A stretch of 63,266 nucleotides of DNA, counting the filler, from Candidatus Zhuqueibacterota bacterium (GTDB lineage Bacteria > BS750m-G25), in NCBI GenBank assembly GCA_016783505.1. It is 3 parts of 3 records of this genome, joined end to end, with 100 filler letters (N's around TTAATTAATTAA, not from the genome) between each part and the next. Parts side by side here need not be neighbours in the genome. Positions count along the whole stretch, not along the records: positions 1 to 28,622 come from JADHWK010000030.1; 2 more parts are not named here. The stretch is one strand, 5' to 3'. Below are positions 18,728-28,722 of the stretch, piece after piece. Numbering within the stretch: position 1 is the first letter of the stretch; each line of letters begins with the position of its first letter. The notes below the pieces were generated by a model. It saw nothing but the letters and a program-made list of their open reading frames with translations. It searched no databases and was not told where the DNA came from. A program made the translations under genes and the position numbers.

Positions 18728-20695
18728 TTACGCGGCTTCCCATTTTTCTTCCGTCAGGCTATTAACGATGACAACCACGCAAACAATCATTATCGCCATG
18801 AGTGCTAGTCCTGTAGTTGTGCGACCTAAAATGAATTGCCCGAAGCCTAACAAGACACTGAACGCGCCGATGATTGCCAGAATAGCATTGCGCCAATTTC
18901 GTGGTGTAAACAGCGTTCCCTGGCCCTCATCCAGGCCGACTTTGGCTGCAATGGCCCGCCAGCCTGGTCCGCCAGGATGAACCCTTTTGTAGAATTCGAT
19001 CAACTTGTCTTCATCTACTGGTTTGGTTAACATGGTTACCGTAAGCCAGATTGCTAACGAAATCGGTACGGTATAGATCAATGTCCAAGGGAATTTTTTT
19101 TCTGGTAGTGTTATGGTGAGTATCAGGGCTATGGCAATAATAGAAATAAGAATAATAAAAACCGATGAACGAAGATATTGGGCCCGCCATTCCTTTTTTC
19201 TTAGTCCCCAGATAAACAGTGCGATCAAACCAATGATAATCATTGCAGTGAGAATAATTTTAAGCGTTAGTTCAGATCTTACCAGCAAAACGACTGCCAC
19301 GACGCCAATTATTGAAGCAATAGCAGACATTTCAGACCAGGCATTAATTCGCCACCAGTACCAGCGCGCTATGTAAACTATACCAATACCAGCATTTATA
19401 GCCGAAAGTAATAGCCATGCAAAAAAGATGTCCTTCATCAAAAACGAAATGCCACCGCCCAGTATTGCCATAGAAATTACTGTAATGATGGATACACGAA
19501 CGTAATGTTTTTCAGAAGCATCTTTCTTTATAAAGGGACGATAGAAATCATTGATAATATAGGAAGCCCCCCAATTAATTTGAGTGCTGATGGTGGACAT
19601 GAATGCTGCCAAAAAAGAGGCTAACATGAGACCTAACAAGCCGGGTTTCAAATAGGTCAGCATTACAGCAATATAACCTAATTCTGGATCGGTCGCCAAT
19701 TGTCCAGTAAGTGGATTTTTAGTAGCAATGCCAGGGAATTTAACAGCAGCAACTAGACCAACGATAATCCATGGCCAGGGACGTAAACAGAAGTGGGCAA
19801 TATTAAACCAAAGATATCCTAAAAATGAATGTTTCTCATTTTTAGCAGATATCATGCGTTGTGCCAAATAGGAGCCGCCATCGGTGTTTCCAACAGTCCA
19901 CCATAGAAGAAGAATATATAGCAAAAAAATATGAAACCCATGATTCGGCGAATCAATTGATGGAATAATGGAGGTCATCGAAGCAGCCTGTTCTGTTCCA
20001 TAAATTTGAGGTAACTTGTCCAGAATGATGCCAAACCCTCCGATAGCATTTACCGAAATTATTGCCAGGAAAATGGCCATACCGATAGCTAAAAAGAATT
20101 GGAAAAAATCGGTTACTACCACACCCCAGAGTCCAGAGATTGAGGAATAAGATACGGTGATAAGGATACAGATCATGACTGTCCAGTGCTTGGGTAAATT
20201 AAAAGTCAGCCCCATAATTTTTGTCATGGATAAAATCACCCAGCCCATAACCAGGCAGTTGTAAGGTAAAGCAAAATAGAGCGCCCGAAAACCCCTTAAA
20301 ATTTTAGAGGGTTTACCTGAATAACGGAGGTCAACTAATTCAGTGTCAGTCAAAATGCGCGCCCGTCGCCACAACCGCGAGAAGAAAAACACTCCACCCA
20401 TGAACATGGGAATCTGTGCCCACCAGAACCAGTTCCCCCAGATGCCTTGTTTAACCACTAGACCACTGATCGCTAGTGGGGTATCTGCTGCAAAAGTGGT
20501 AGCAACCATAGAAGTACCAAGAAGCCACCACGGAACGCCACGTCCAGAAGCAAAATAGTCACTAATGCTACGGGTACCGCGACGGGAAAAGTAAATCCCG
20601 ATTAAAATTGAAAACAGAACGTATCCCGCCACAATGGCCCAGTCAATAGTCGCCAGTTGGCGGGTGAAGGAAAACTCTATAGGTTCCGGTGTCAT
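18728..20695 (-). CDS. Sodium:solute symporter (SSS) family transporter
   Basis: DYFASGR..PWW..GTSMVATTFAADTPL, AQR..SAKNE, AAFMST; many TM segments. Confidence 0.92.
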   Translation of the reverse strand: MTPEPIEFSFTRQLATIDWAIVAGYVLFSILIGIYFSRRGTRSISDYFASGRGVPWWLLGTSMVATTFAADTPLAISGLVVKQGIWGNWFWWAQIPMFMGGVFFFSRLWRRARILTDTELVDLRYSGKPSKILRGFRALYFALPYNCLVMGWVILSMTKIMGLTFNLPKHWTVMICILITVSYSSISGLWGVVVTDFFQFFLAIGMAIFLAIISVNAIGGFGIILDKLPQIYGTEQAASMTSIIPSIDSPNHGFHIFLLYILLLWWTVGNTDGGSYLAQRMISAKNEKHSFLGYLWFNIAHFCLRPWPWIIVGLVAAVKFPGIATKNPLTGQLATDPELGYIAVMLTYLKPGLLGLMLASFLAAFMSTISTQINWGASYIINDFYRPFIKKDASEKHYVRVSIITVISMAILGGGISFLMKDIFFAWLLLSAINAGIGIVYIARWYWWRINAWSEMSAIASIIGVVAVVLLVRSELTLKIILTAMIIIGLIALFIWGLRKKEWRAQYLRSSVFIILISIIAIALILTITLPEKKFPWTLIYTVPISLAIWLTVTMLTKPVDEDKLIEFYKRVHPGGPGWRAIAAKVGLDEGQGTLFTPRNWRNAILAIIGAFSVLLGFGQFILGRTTTGLALMAIMIVCVVVIVNSLTEEKWEAA

Positions 20696-21022
20696 ACTCT
20701 GTGGTTCCTCCGCTTTATGTGATTATTTCCAATTCAGTCTCTAAGATTACTATGGCCCAATCAATCATACTAAATTAACCGTTTTGCGTAACCCTCATAA
20801 GGGATACTTAATAACTGTTTAATATAATATTTTCAGATGAAAAAAACAACCTAATTTTTTAGATTTAGTTTCGGGTGGATGAGAAATTTCATTCAGTAAC
20901 TGTTCTTTCAAGGTAAACCTTGAAAGAATTGTTGCTTACCTTCAGGTTAAAAAAGAGAAAATCAAGTATCTCTACCTTTGTGTATTCTTTCAATCAGGTA
21001 CCAGAGTGAAAGGTTTTTGTAA

Positions 21023-21054
21023 TGCTTCAATCCCGAACATTCGGGATTGAAGCA
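21023..21054. repeat. CCCGA...TCGGG REP-like palindrome
   Basis: Perfect 15-bp arms tgcttcaatcccgaa-ca-ttcgggattgaagca; related copies listed in findings. Confidence 0.75.
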
Positions 21055-21186
21055 ACTGTTGATTGGCTCTTGTCGGAACAATCTTAGGATTGGAACGATC
21101 TTGGGAAATGACATGAAAAAATGGTGCACCTGCAGAATTTTTTAGATTTAACCTCGGGGGGAGAAATCTTGGTTTGAAATGTCTAT

Positions 21187-22191
21187 TTAAACCTTACCCC
21201 ATTCCCAAAACAGTTCCTTCTGCGGGAACAACCCGAAAATCCCCCCGGTGTGGATGAAAAGAATTTTGTCGCACTTCTTAAATCGCCCCTTTTTGATTTG
21301 ATCTATCAAACCCAACAGGGCTTTGCCTGTGTAAACCGGGTCTAAGATCACCCCCTCCTTTCGGGCTACTCTTTTGATAAATTCCCGTTCTTCGGGCCAG
21401 GTCTGGGAATAGCCCGGCCCCACGTATCCATCAATGATTTTTACGTCTTCTTTTGACAAACCTAAGCTAAGCTTATAATTCCGTTTCGCTTCATCAATAA
21501 TTCCTTTGATCCGGTTTTTGAACTTCTCCTCGTCGTCACACACGTTTACCGATGTGATTTCACTTTTCAATCCGAAGATTTTTTTGCCCATCAACAGTCC
21601 GGCATGGGTCCCCCCCGAGCCGGTAGCGGACAGGATGAGGTCAAAGGCATCCGGTCCGGCCTGATCCTTAATCTCCAGGGCCGCTTTCACGTATCCCATC
21701 GCTCCCAGGGCGTTCGATCCCCCTTCGGGTATAACGTAAGGCTTTCGTCCCTTCGTCTTCAACCTTTCGGCCACCTCCGCCATGATGTCCTCGACCACTT
21801 CATATTCTTCCTCGGTGATGAATTTAAATTCAGAACCAACCAAATAATCAAGGAACAGGTTGCCGTCGTATTCTTTTGTCTCCTGTCCCCGGAGGACGAG
21901 GAAGGGCTTCATCCCCTGGCGGACGGCGGCGATGGCGGTGGCCCGGGCGTGATTGGACTGAATCCCCCCGCAGGTGATGACCATATCCGCCCCCTTTTGA
22001 AGAGCATCGGCCAGCAGAAATTCCAGCTTTCTAACCTTGTTCCCGGTCAGATCCCCCCCGGTCTGGTCATCCCGCTTGATCCAGATTTCAGGACCGCCAA
22101 TTTCTGCCGACAACCTCCCCAATTTCTCAATCCGGGTGGGCAGATTCGCCAGTGTTATTCTCCCCGGAAATTTAAAACCCATTTGAATCAT
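21187..22191 (-). CDS. D-cysteine desulfhydrase / ACC deaminase family PLP enzyme
   Basis: KRDD.TG...GNKVRKLEF, GGIQSNH, GSGGT.AG, DPVYTGK, HTGG. Confidence 0.9.
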   Translation of the reverse strand: MIQMGFKFPGRITLANLPTRIEKLGRLSAEIGGPEIWIKRDDQTGGDLTGNKVRKLEFLLADALQKGADMVITCGGIQSNHARATAIAAVRQGMKPFLVLRGQETKEYDGNLFLDYLVGSEFKFITEEEYEVVEDIMAEVAERLKTKGRKPYVIPEGGSNALGAMGYVKAALEIKDQAGPDAFDLILSATGSGGTHAGLLMGKKIFGLKSEITSVNVCDDEEKFKNRIKGIIDEAKRNYKLSLGLSKEDVKIIDGYVGPGYSQTWPEEREFIKRVARKEGVILDPVYTGKALLGLIDQIKKGRFKKCDKILFIHTGGIFGLFPQKELFWEWGKV

Positions 22192-22265
22192 CCCTCAATT
22201 TTTTGCTTAACAAGAAAGTTTTAAAGGCTTATATTAAAATGAAAGCTTTTCAAAATAGGGTGAAA

Positions 22266-22514
22266 ATGGCTATTTATGAAGATGTTAAGAAAGCCCTTCA
22301 AGAGTTAATCGTTCCTGAAATCCGCACCCTACAGGTCGAAATGAAACGATTAGACGAAAACCTGCGTGTGGAAATGAAGCGATTGGACGAAAAGATTGAT
22401 TCCTTCCGACACGAATTTGCTTCTGAAATTAAACGGGTAGACCATAGTATTTCTTCCCTTGAAGAGCGATTAGGAATGGTACTTGAGATCAGGGAAAGGC
22501 TGGCTGCCCTATAA
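22266..22514 (+). CDS. Small coiled-coil protein with an 11-aa repeat; possible premature stop
   Basis: VEMKRLDE occurs twice; after the TAA the frame continues GCA AAA GTT GCT TGA; inserted antisense between two minus-strand genes. Confidence 0.55.
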   Translation: MAIYEDVKKALQELIVPEIRTLQVEMKRLDENLRVEMKRLDEKIDSFRHEFASEIKRVDHSISSLEERLGMVLEIRERLAAL

Positions 22515-22555
22515 GCAAAAGTTGCTTGACCCACCTGATTTCTCTCCCCCTTTTT

Positions 22556-23554
22556 TCAATCCTTAATCAAATATTTTCCATCTTTCAATTTGTTTTCCTT
22601 TGGGGTAAAATGGGCGTACTGGAGTCCGTCTTTCAGGGAGGCAGCCCCAATCTCCCCGTCTTTGTTTAAAGCAATAAAGGCCAACTGGAAGTCAATCTTG
22701 CCCTTTCGCTGTTTAATCAGTCGCTGCAGAGCCGCTTCGCAGGCCTCCTGGGGGGAAGCCCCCCGGCGCATCTCCTCGACCACTAAAAAGCTTCCACAGG
22801 TCTTGATAGCCGCCTCCCCCCGTCCGGTGGCCCCGGCCCCGCCCACCCCGTTATCCACGTAAAGCCCGGCCCCAATGATGGGAGAATCCCCCACCCGCCC
22901 GTGGATCTTGAAGGCCAGCCCCGAGGTGGTGCAGGCCCCGGCCAGATCGCCATTTTTGTCCAGGGCGATCATGGAGATGGTGTCGTGCCCCTGGGGCGGG
23001 GGGAACCAGTCGTCCTGGTCAGAAAGCTTCTCCTTCCATTCTAACCATCTCTCCCTGGCTTTATCAGTCAGCAGGTTCTGGCGTTTAAACCCGTGGGCTA
23101 AGGCAAAGCGTAACGCCCCCTCCCCCACCAGCATCACGTGGTCAGAACGTTCCATCACCCTCCGGGCCACGGAGATGGGGTGCACGATGTCCTGGAGAAA
23201 AGCTACCGCCCCGCAATTGCCATCGGGACCCATGATGCAGGCATCTAAGGTGACGACACCGTCCTCGTCGGGCAGTCCGCCGTATCCTACCGACATCAAT
23301 TCCGGATCGGCTTCAGAGACGTTCACCCCCTTCTCCACCGCATCCAGGGCTTTGCCCCCAGCCATCAGGATCTCCCCTGCCTTTGTATTGGCGGCCAGCC
23401 CGTGCTTCCAGGTGGAGATGACCACCGGAAACTCTCCCCGCCGGGATGGCCTTCCCTTCGCCCACAGATTCACATACTTTAATTGCGAAAGCCCCAGCCC
23501 GACCAGCCCTGCTTTTTGGAGAAAATCCCTCCGAGTCCATATTTTCTTAACCAT
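22556..23554 (-). CDS. Tat-exported N4-(beta-N-acetylglucosaminyl)-L-asparaginase (Ntn hydrolase)
   Basis: TRRDFL Tat motif, SVGYGG.PD, HDT autoprocessing site, GRVGDSPIIGAG. Confidence 0.9.
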   Translation of the reverse strand: MVKKIWTRRDFLQKAGLVGLGLSQLKYVNLWAKGRPSRRGEFPVVISTWKHGLAANTKAGEILMAGGKALDAVEKGVNVSEADPELMSVGYGGLPDEDGVVTLDACIMGPDGNCGAVAFLQDIVHPISVARRVMERSDHVMLVGEGALRFALAHGFKRQNLLTDKARERWLEWKEKLSDQDDWFPPPQGHDTISMIALDKNGDLAGACTTSGLAFKIHGRVGDSPIIGAGLYVDNGVGGAGATGRGEAAIKTCGSFLVVEEMRRGASPQEACEAALQRLIKQRKGKIDFQLAFIALNKDGEIGAASLKDGLQYAHFTPKENKLKDGKYLIKD

Positions 23555-23720
23555 ATTTATCCCCTCTTTAATGTTATTCCCAAGTCATCCCTAATCCACC
23601 CCGCAGTCCCCCGGGTGCCTATTATTCCAGAAAATGAACTAACCTAAAAAAGATAAATAAAAAGAAGTTAATAAGCAATAGAAAAAGATAATTGAATAAT
23701 TAATTTTGTTAATTTTTTCC

Positions 23721-23749
23721 TTGATTGCTTTATAATAATTTCGTATTTT
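23721..23749 (+). promoter_or_regulatory. Putative sigma70 promoter
   Basis: TTGATT-N17-TATTTT, followed by a GAGGA RBS before the ATG at 23792. Confidence 0.4.
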
Positions 23750-23791
23750 AATAAATGGATAAACGGTTATAATTAAAAAAGAGGATGTATC

Positions 23792-26700
23792 ATGGGACAT
23801 AGAATACGAAAAGGCAAGTCATGTCATTTACTGCTTATTCTCACTTTGATTTTATTCTTAGGTTTTTCTGATCTTACGGTCGGCGATGAGACAAAGTGGG
23901 TTGCTGTGGGAATGTTACATGACTGGTATTCAAGCGCTGGCTGTGAAATAGAAGTAGGGCGAAGACATCTTATTTCGGATCAACAAGATGGGTTGAGATG
24001 GCCTGCTCAATTTAAATGGCAGGATAGCCAAGCCGCTAAAGCACTATGGATTGGTGCAACAAATTATTATGATCCATTAGTAGATAATACTTTTGATTAC
24101 AAAGTCGTTCATATAGGACCCAGAGTGCTGGATGAGTATAACGAATTCATGCCGGTAGAATTTAAATTGATTGGTCGTTTTAATCATCCGAGTGTTTTTG
24201 TAGATGGAATTCCTGCCACCGATATGACTTATATGGATGAAGTGGATGAGATTGATGAAACACTGAATTCGAATAGATTACTTTGTAATATTGTAAATAC
24301 CTCCATCGGCATCACGTTGACGAGGAAGATCTATGCGTTTAGCCAACAGAATCATGATAATTATTTTATTTATGATTATATCTTTAAAAACACCGGAATT
24401 TGTAATCAGGACAGTAGCATCACTCATGAACAAACCCTGGAAGGCGTTTATTTCTTTTTTCAATACCGATATGCTATTTGCCGAGAAGGCGGACCTTTCG
24501 GTTATTATTGGTTGCCCCAATCAACAGCATGGGGTCATAACACGATGAATAATGTTCTTTATGGGAATCCCTTTCGATGTATTTATTCATGGCATGGACG
24601 CCATTCATCATGTGGGTTCGATAATATCGGTGGACCTTATGCAACAGGTGATGGTCACCTTGGTGCAGCACAATTTCCCGGCGTGGTAACATTACATGCT
24701 GACGTATCAACATCAGATAACTCTGACGATCCTTTACAACCTACCTCAACACCCTATCTTGGATCAGATGAGCCTATAACATACAATAATAATCAATTTA
24801 ATGCTGCAATGATGTCCGTAGAGTATGCGGTTATGAGTTCCGGGCATCCAGAAAACACTCATGCTGAGGAGGTCGGGGAAGGATACGCTGACTTATGGGG
24901 TGGAACCCCAGGTGGATTTTCTCAATGTATTGGGTTTGGTCCATATACACTTGCCCCAGGGGATAGTATTCATATCGCACTTGCAGAAGGGGTTAGCGGT
25001 CTCAGTCGTGATTTATGCTATTCAATTGGAGATCAATGGTTGAACGGAAGCGGACCTTTTATATTGCCCGATGGTTCGGCCACGAATGATAGGGATGAAT
25101 ATAAAAATGAATGGGTATATACAGGTATAGATTCAATATTACAGACATTTGCTCGTGCTGAAGAGAATTGGGAAAGTGGTTTTGACATTCCGCAACCACC
25201 TCCTCCTCCAGCCACTTTTGAGGTGTTTTCAGACAGCGATCGGATACATCTTACTTGGTCAAATAATGCGGAATCCTGGCCGAATTTTGCCGGTTACAAG
25301 ATTTACCGTTCAGTAGGAACGTACGATACCACTTATCAGGAAATTTTTGCATGCGGGCAGGGAACTGGTCATCCTGATATCGTAAATAGTTACGAAGACA
25401 CAGATGTGACATATGGTCATGACTACTATTATTATATCGTGTCTTTTGACGACGGTAGCACCAATGATATCCAGCCAGGGGTTCCTTTGCGGAGCAGTAT
25501 GTTTTGGACCCGGACCATAGAGCCGGCCTATTTACGGGATTATCCAATGTTAGATGCAGATTTGTATGTTGACCCAAATGGTAGTGATGACAACAGTGGC
25601 CTTACCCCGGATGAACCTTTGCAGACCATTACTGCTGCTCTCGACAGAATTCTATCATACATTCTGCGTCCACACACTATTTATCTTGCTGAGGGCAACT
25701 ACAGTCCATCAACAAATGGTGAGAGCTATCCTTTGAATTTGAAGAGTTATGTTTCTCTCTCAGGAGCTTCTGAAGAGACCACAATTTTAGATGCAGAAGG
25801 GGTAGCTGGGGTTCTCTATTGTTCAGATGACGTCAATTTTGTTGTTGAGAATTTGACAATTCGGAACGGAGTTGCAGATCATGGTGGTGGGGTTTTCTGC
25901 GCTTCTTCCACCCCCACTTTGACTAATGTAACCATTGTTGGAAATTCGGCTAATTATAGTGGTGGCGGTATTTGGTGTATAGAAAATTCCGACCTATCCT
26001 TATCCAATGTGACCATTAGCGGAAATTATGCTAATGACTATGGCGGTGGAATTTACTTCAGTTCCAATTCCAGCGCGACTTTTGACTCTGACAACCGTTG
26101 TAACATTTTTATGAATGATGCCGGTAGCGTTGGATTTGACCTTTACTCTGTTTCCAATGTTCCTTTCATTGATCCTCCCAGTATCACTGTTGTGTTGGAT
26201 ACATTCACAGTGTTGTATCCAACAGATTATTATGCCTATCCTTCTGAGAATTTCACCTTTGATATCCTGAATTTTTTGGTAGAGCAAGCAGAAGCTGATT
26301 TGTACGTTGACCCGGTTGGCAATAATGATAACAGTGGCCTTTCTCCAGAGGAACCTTTACAAACAATTACCTATGCTCTCACAAAAATCTATGCAGATAG
26401 TCTACACCCACATACCATTTATCTAGCTGAAGGAACCTATAGTCCATCAACAAATGGTGAGAACTATCAATTGTATTGCAGAAGTTATGTTTCGCTATCA
26501 GGTGCTGCTGAAGAGACGACAATTTTAGATGCGGAAGGGGTAAGTAGGGTTTTATATTGTTATCGTGATAGAAATTTTATCATTGAGAATCTAACGATTC
26601 GAAATGGAGTTGCAAGTTCTGGTGGAGGCATTATCTGTTGGGAATCCAGCCCGAGTTTGACCAATGTGACCATTAGTGAGAATTCTGCAGGAAATCGGGG

Positions 26701-28396
26701 TGGCGGTATTTACTGTAGTGGATCCAGCCCGAGTTTGGTTAATGTGACAGTGAGCACGAATACGGCTGAATATTTTGGTGGCGGGATTCACTGTTATTAT
26801 AATTCCAACCCGAGCTTAGAGAATGTCACAATAAGCGGGAATACGGCATCTGTTAGTGGTGGTGGGATTTATTTTGGTTACTATTCTGGAGCTATTTTTG
26901 ATACTGTCAACCGATGTGACATCTTTTTGAACAATGCGGATGGTGTTGGATATGACCTTTATGCTGGCTCCGATGTTCCTATAATAAATGTGGTAGTTGA
27001 TACTTTCACGGTGTTGTATCCTACCGACGTTTATGCTTATCCAGTTAGTAACTTCACCTTTGATATCCTGAATTGTAAGATAGAACAAGCAGAAGCAGAT
27101 CTGTATGTTAACCCGAATGGTAATGACGACAACAGTGGCCTTTCTCCAGATGAACCTTTACAGACGATTACTTATGCTCTCACTTTAATCTTTGCAGATA
27201 GTTTGCGTCCCCACAACATTTATCTTGCTGAGGGAATCTACAGTCCCTCAACAACTGGGGAAAGCTATCCTTTAAATTTGAAGAGTTATGTTTCTCTTTC
27301 TGGTGCTGGTGAGGGGATAACAATTTTAGATGCGGAGGGGGAAGGTGGGGTTCTCTATTGTTCTAATACTAACAATTTTGTTATTGAAAACTTAACAATT
27401 CGGAATGGAGCTGCAGATTATGGGGGTGGGATTTACTTTATGGGATCCAACCCGGTTTTGACCAATGTGACCATTAGTGGGGATTCTGCAGGGTGGGGGG
27501 GTGGCATTTACTGTGAATCTTCCTATCCCTCATTCGTTAATGTAACCATTAGCGAGAATTATGCTCGATATGGCGGTGGGATTTATTTTATATCTTCTAG
27601 TCCCACCCTGACCAACGTGACCATTAGCGAAGATTCTGCTAGATACGGCGCTGGGATTTACTGCTATTCTTCCAACCCGAATTTGACCAGTGTGACCATT
27701 TATGGGAATTCCGCAGCTAGTAGAGGTGGCGGTATTTACTGTTCTTATAATTCCAATCCAACCATGATTAATGCAATTCTCTGGAATGATTCACCACAAG
27801 AAATCTATTTTTTCTTAGTTGCGGATCCTAATTCCGTCACCATTGCTTACTCGGATGTAGAAGGTGGCGAAGCCGCTATTATAACAACCAATGGCACCGT
27901 GAACTGGTTGGATGGAAATATTGATTCTGACCCGTTGTTTGTCGGTGGAGACCCGTTTGACTTCCACCTAACAGAAAACTCTCCTTGTATTGACGCTGGA
28001 ACAGCATTCTTCGAATGGGAAGGGGATACCCTTGTGAACCTTCCGGATACTGCTTTCAACGGTAACGCACCTGATATGGGAGCATTCGAATCACCGTACA
28101 TCGTAGAAATTGAAGAGTCCCAAATAGTTCCAAATAAATTTGTCCTATACCAGAACTACCCCAATCCTTTCAACCCGATAACCACCTTTAAATATGGACT
28201 TCCAAAGCCATCAAATGTGAGCTTAAAGATCTATAACATACTTGGTCAAGAAGTGACCACCTTGGTTGATAAGCATCAAATTGCCGGTTACCATCAAGCA
28301 AGGTGGGATGCTTCAGGGGTTGGTTCCGGGGTGTATTTCTATAAAATCACAGCCGGTGAATATTCAGCAGTAAAGAAGTGCATAATACTGAAGTAA
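23792..28396 (+). CDS. Large secreted protein: unknown N-domain, FN3-like segment, three DUF1565/right-handed beta-helix modules, C-terminal secretion domain
   Basis: Signal peptide; three 'ADLYV.P.G.DDNSGL.P.EPLQTI' modules; GG(G)I repeats; LYQNYPNPFNP C-terminus. Confidence 0.85.
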   Translation: MGHRIRKGKSCHLLLILTLILFLGFSDLTVGDETKWVAVGMLHDWYSSAGCEIEVGRRHLISDQQDGLRWPAQFKWQDSQAAKALWIGATNYYDPLVDNTFDYKVVHIGPRVLDEYNEFMPVEFKLIGRFNHPSVFVDGIPATDMTYMDEVDEIDETLNSNRLLCNIVNTSIGITLTRKIYAFSQQNHDNYFIYDYIFKNTGICNQDSSITHEQTLEGVYFFFQYRYAICREGGPFGYYWLPQSTAWGHNTMNNVLYGNPFRCIYSWHGRHSSCGFDNIGGPYATGDGHLGAAQFPGVVTLHADVSTSDNSDDPLQPTSTPYLGSDEPITYNNNQFNAAMMSVEYAVMSSGHPENTHAEEVGEGYADLWGGTPGGFSQCIGFGPYTLAPGDSIHIALAEGVSGLSRDLCYSIGDQWLNGSGPFILPDGSATNDRDEYKNEWVYTGIDSILQTFARAEENWESGFDIPQPPPPPATFEVFSDSDRIHLTWSNNAESWPNFAGYKIYRSVGTYDTTYQEIFACGQGTGHPDIVNSYEDTDVTYGHDYYYYIVSFDDGSTNDIQPGVPLRSSMFWTRTIEPAYLRDYPMLDADLYVDPNGSDDNSGLTPDEPLQTITAALDRILSYILRPHTIYLAEGNYSPSTNGESYPLNLKSYVSLSGASEETTILDAEGVAGVLYCSDDVNFVVENLTIRNGVADHGGGVFCASSTPTLTNVTIVGNSANYSGGGIWCIENSDLSLSNVTISGNYANDYGGGIYFSSNSSATFDSDNRCNIFMNDAGSVGFDLYSVSNVPFIDPPSITVVLDTFTVLYPTDYYAYPSENFTFDILNFLVEQAEADLYVDPVGNNDNSGLSPEEPLQTITYALTKIYADSLHPHTIYLAEGTYSPSTNGENYQLYCRSYVSLSGAAEETTILDAEGVSRVLYCYRDRNFIIENLTIRNGVASSGGGIICWESSPSLTNVTISENSAGNRGGGIYCSGSSPSLVNVTVSTNTAEYFGGGIHCYYNSNPSLENVTISGNTASVSGGGIYFGYYSGAIFDTVNRCDIFLNNADGVGYDLYAGSDVPIINVVVDTFTVLYPTDVYAYPVSNFTFDILNCKIEQAEADLYVNPNGNDDNSGLSPDEPLQTITYALTLIFADSLRPHNIYLAEGIYSPSTTGESYPLNLKSYVSLSGAGEGITILDAEGEGGVLYCSNTNNFVIENLTIRNGAADYGGGIYFMGSNPVLTNVTISGDSAGWGGGIYCESSYPSFVNVTISENYARYGGGIYFISSSPTLTNVTISEDSARYGAGIYCYSSNPNLTSVTIYGNSAASRGGGIYCSYNSNPTMINAILWNDSPQEIYFFLVADPNSVTIAYSDVEGGEAAIITTNGTVNWLDGNIDSDPLFVGGDPFDFHLTENSPCIDAGTAFFEWEGDTLVNLPDTAFNGNAPDMGAFESPYIVEIEESQIVPNKFVLYQNYPNPFNPITTFKYGLPKPSNVSLKIYNILGQEVTTLVDKHQIAGYHQARWDASGVGSGVYFYKITAGEYSAVKKCIILK

Positions 28397-28448
28397 TATT
28401 GTCTTCGGCGGTCTAACCCCCGCTACAGCTGCTCTTGATTCTATAATA

Positions 28449-28482
28449 AAAAAACCAGCACCGAAAAGACGCTGGTTTTTTA
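28449..28482. terminator. Bidirectional intrinsic terminator
   Basis: aaaaaaccagc-N-gctggtttttt. Confidence 0.7.
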
Positions 28483-28622
28483 TTTCTCCTTTAAAACTTC
28501 GCTAATCTCGGGTTTTGTTGAGATCCACCCAGAGCTTTTTCTTTATCCTTCAAATGGGGTGTAATCCCGAAAATTTCGGAACGATCTTGGGACGGGATTG
28601 CATTTGCAACAGCAGAGTCTCT

Positions 28623-28722
28623 NNNNNNNNNNNNNNNNNNNNNNNNNNNNNNNNNNNNNNNNNNNNTTAATTAATTAANNNNNNNNNNNNNNNNNNNNNN
28701 NNNNNNNNNNNNNNNNNNNNNN
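28623..28722. other. Artificial contig linker
   Basis: N44-TTAATTAATTAA-N44. Confidence 0.99.

Noticed and set aside
28410-28435. GTCTAAC after the large + strand gene as an attC R'' box
   Set aside because: No complementary right arm or GTTRRRY found before the terminator
28623-28722. TTAATTAATTAA flanked by Ns (also 57283-57382)
   Set aside because: Artificial all-frame-stop contig linker; not biological
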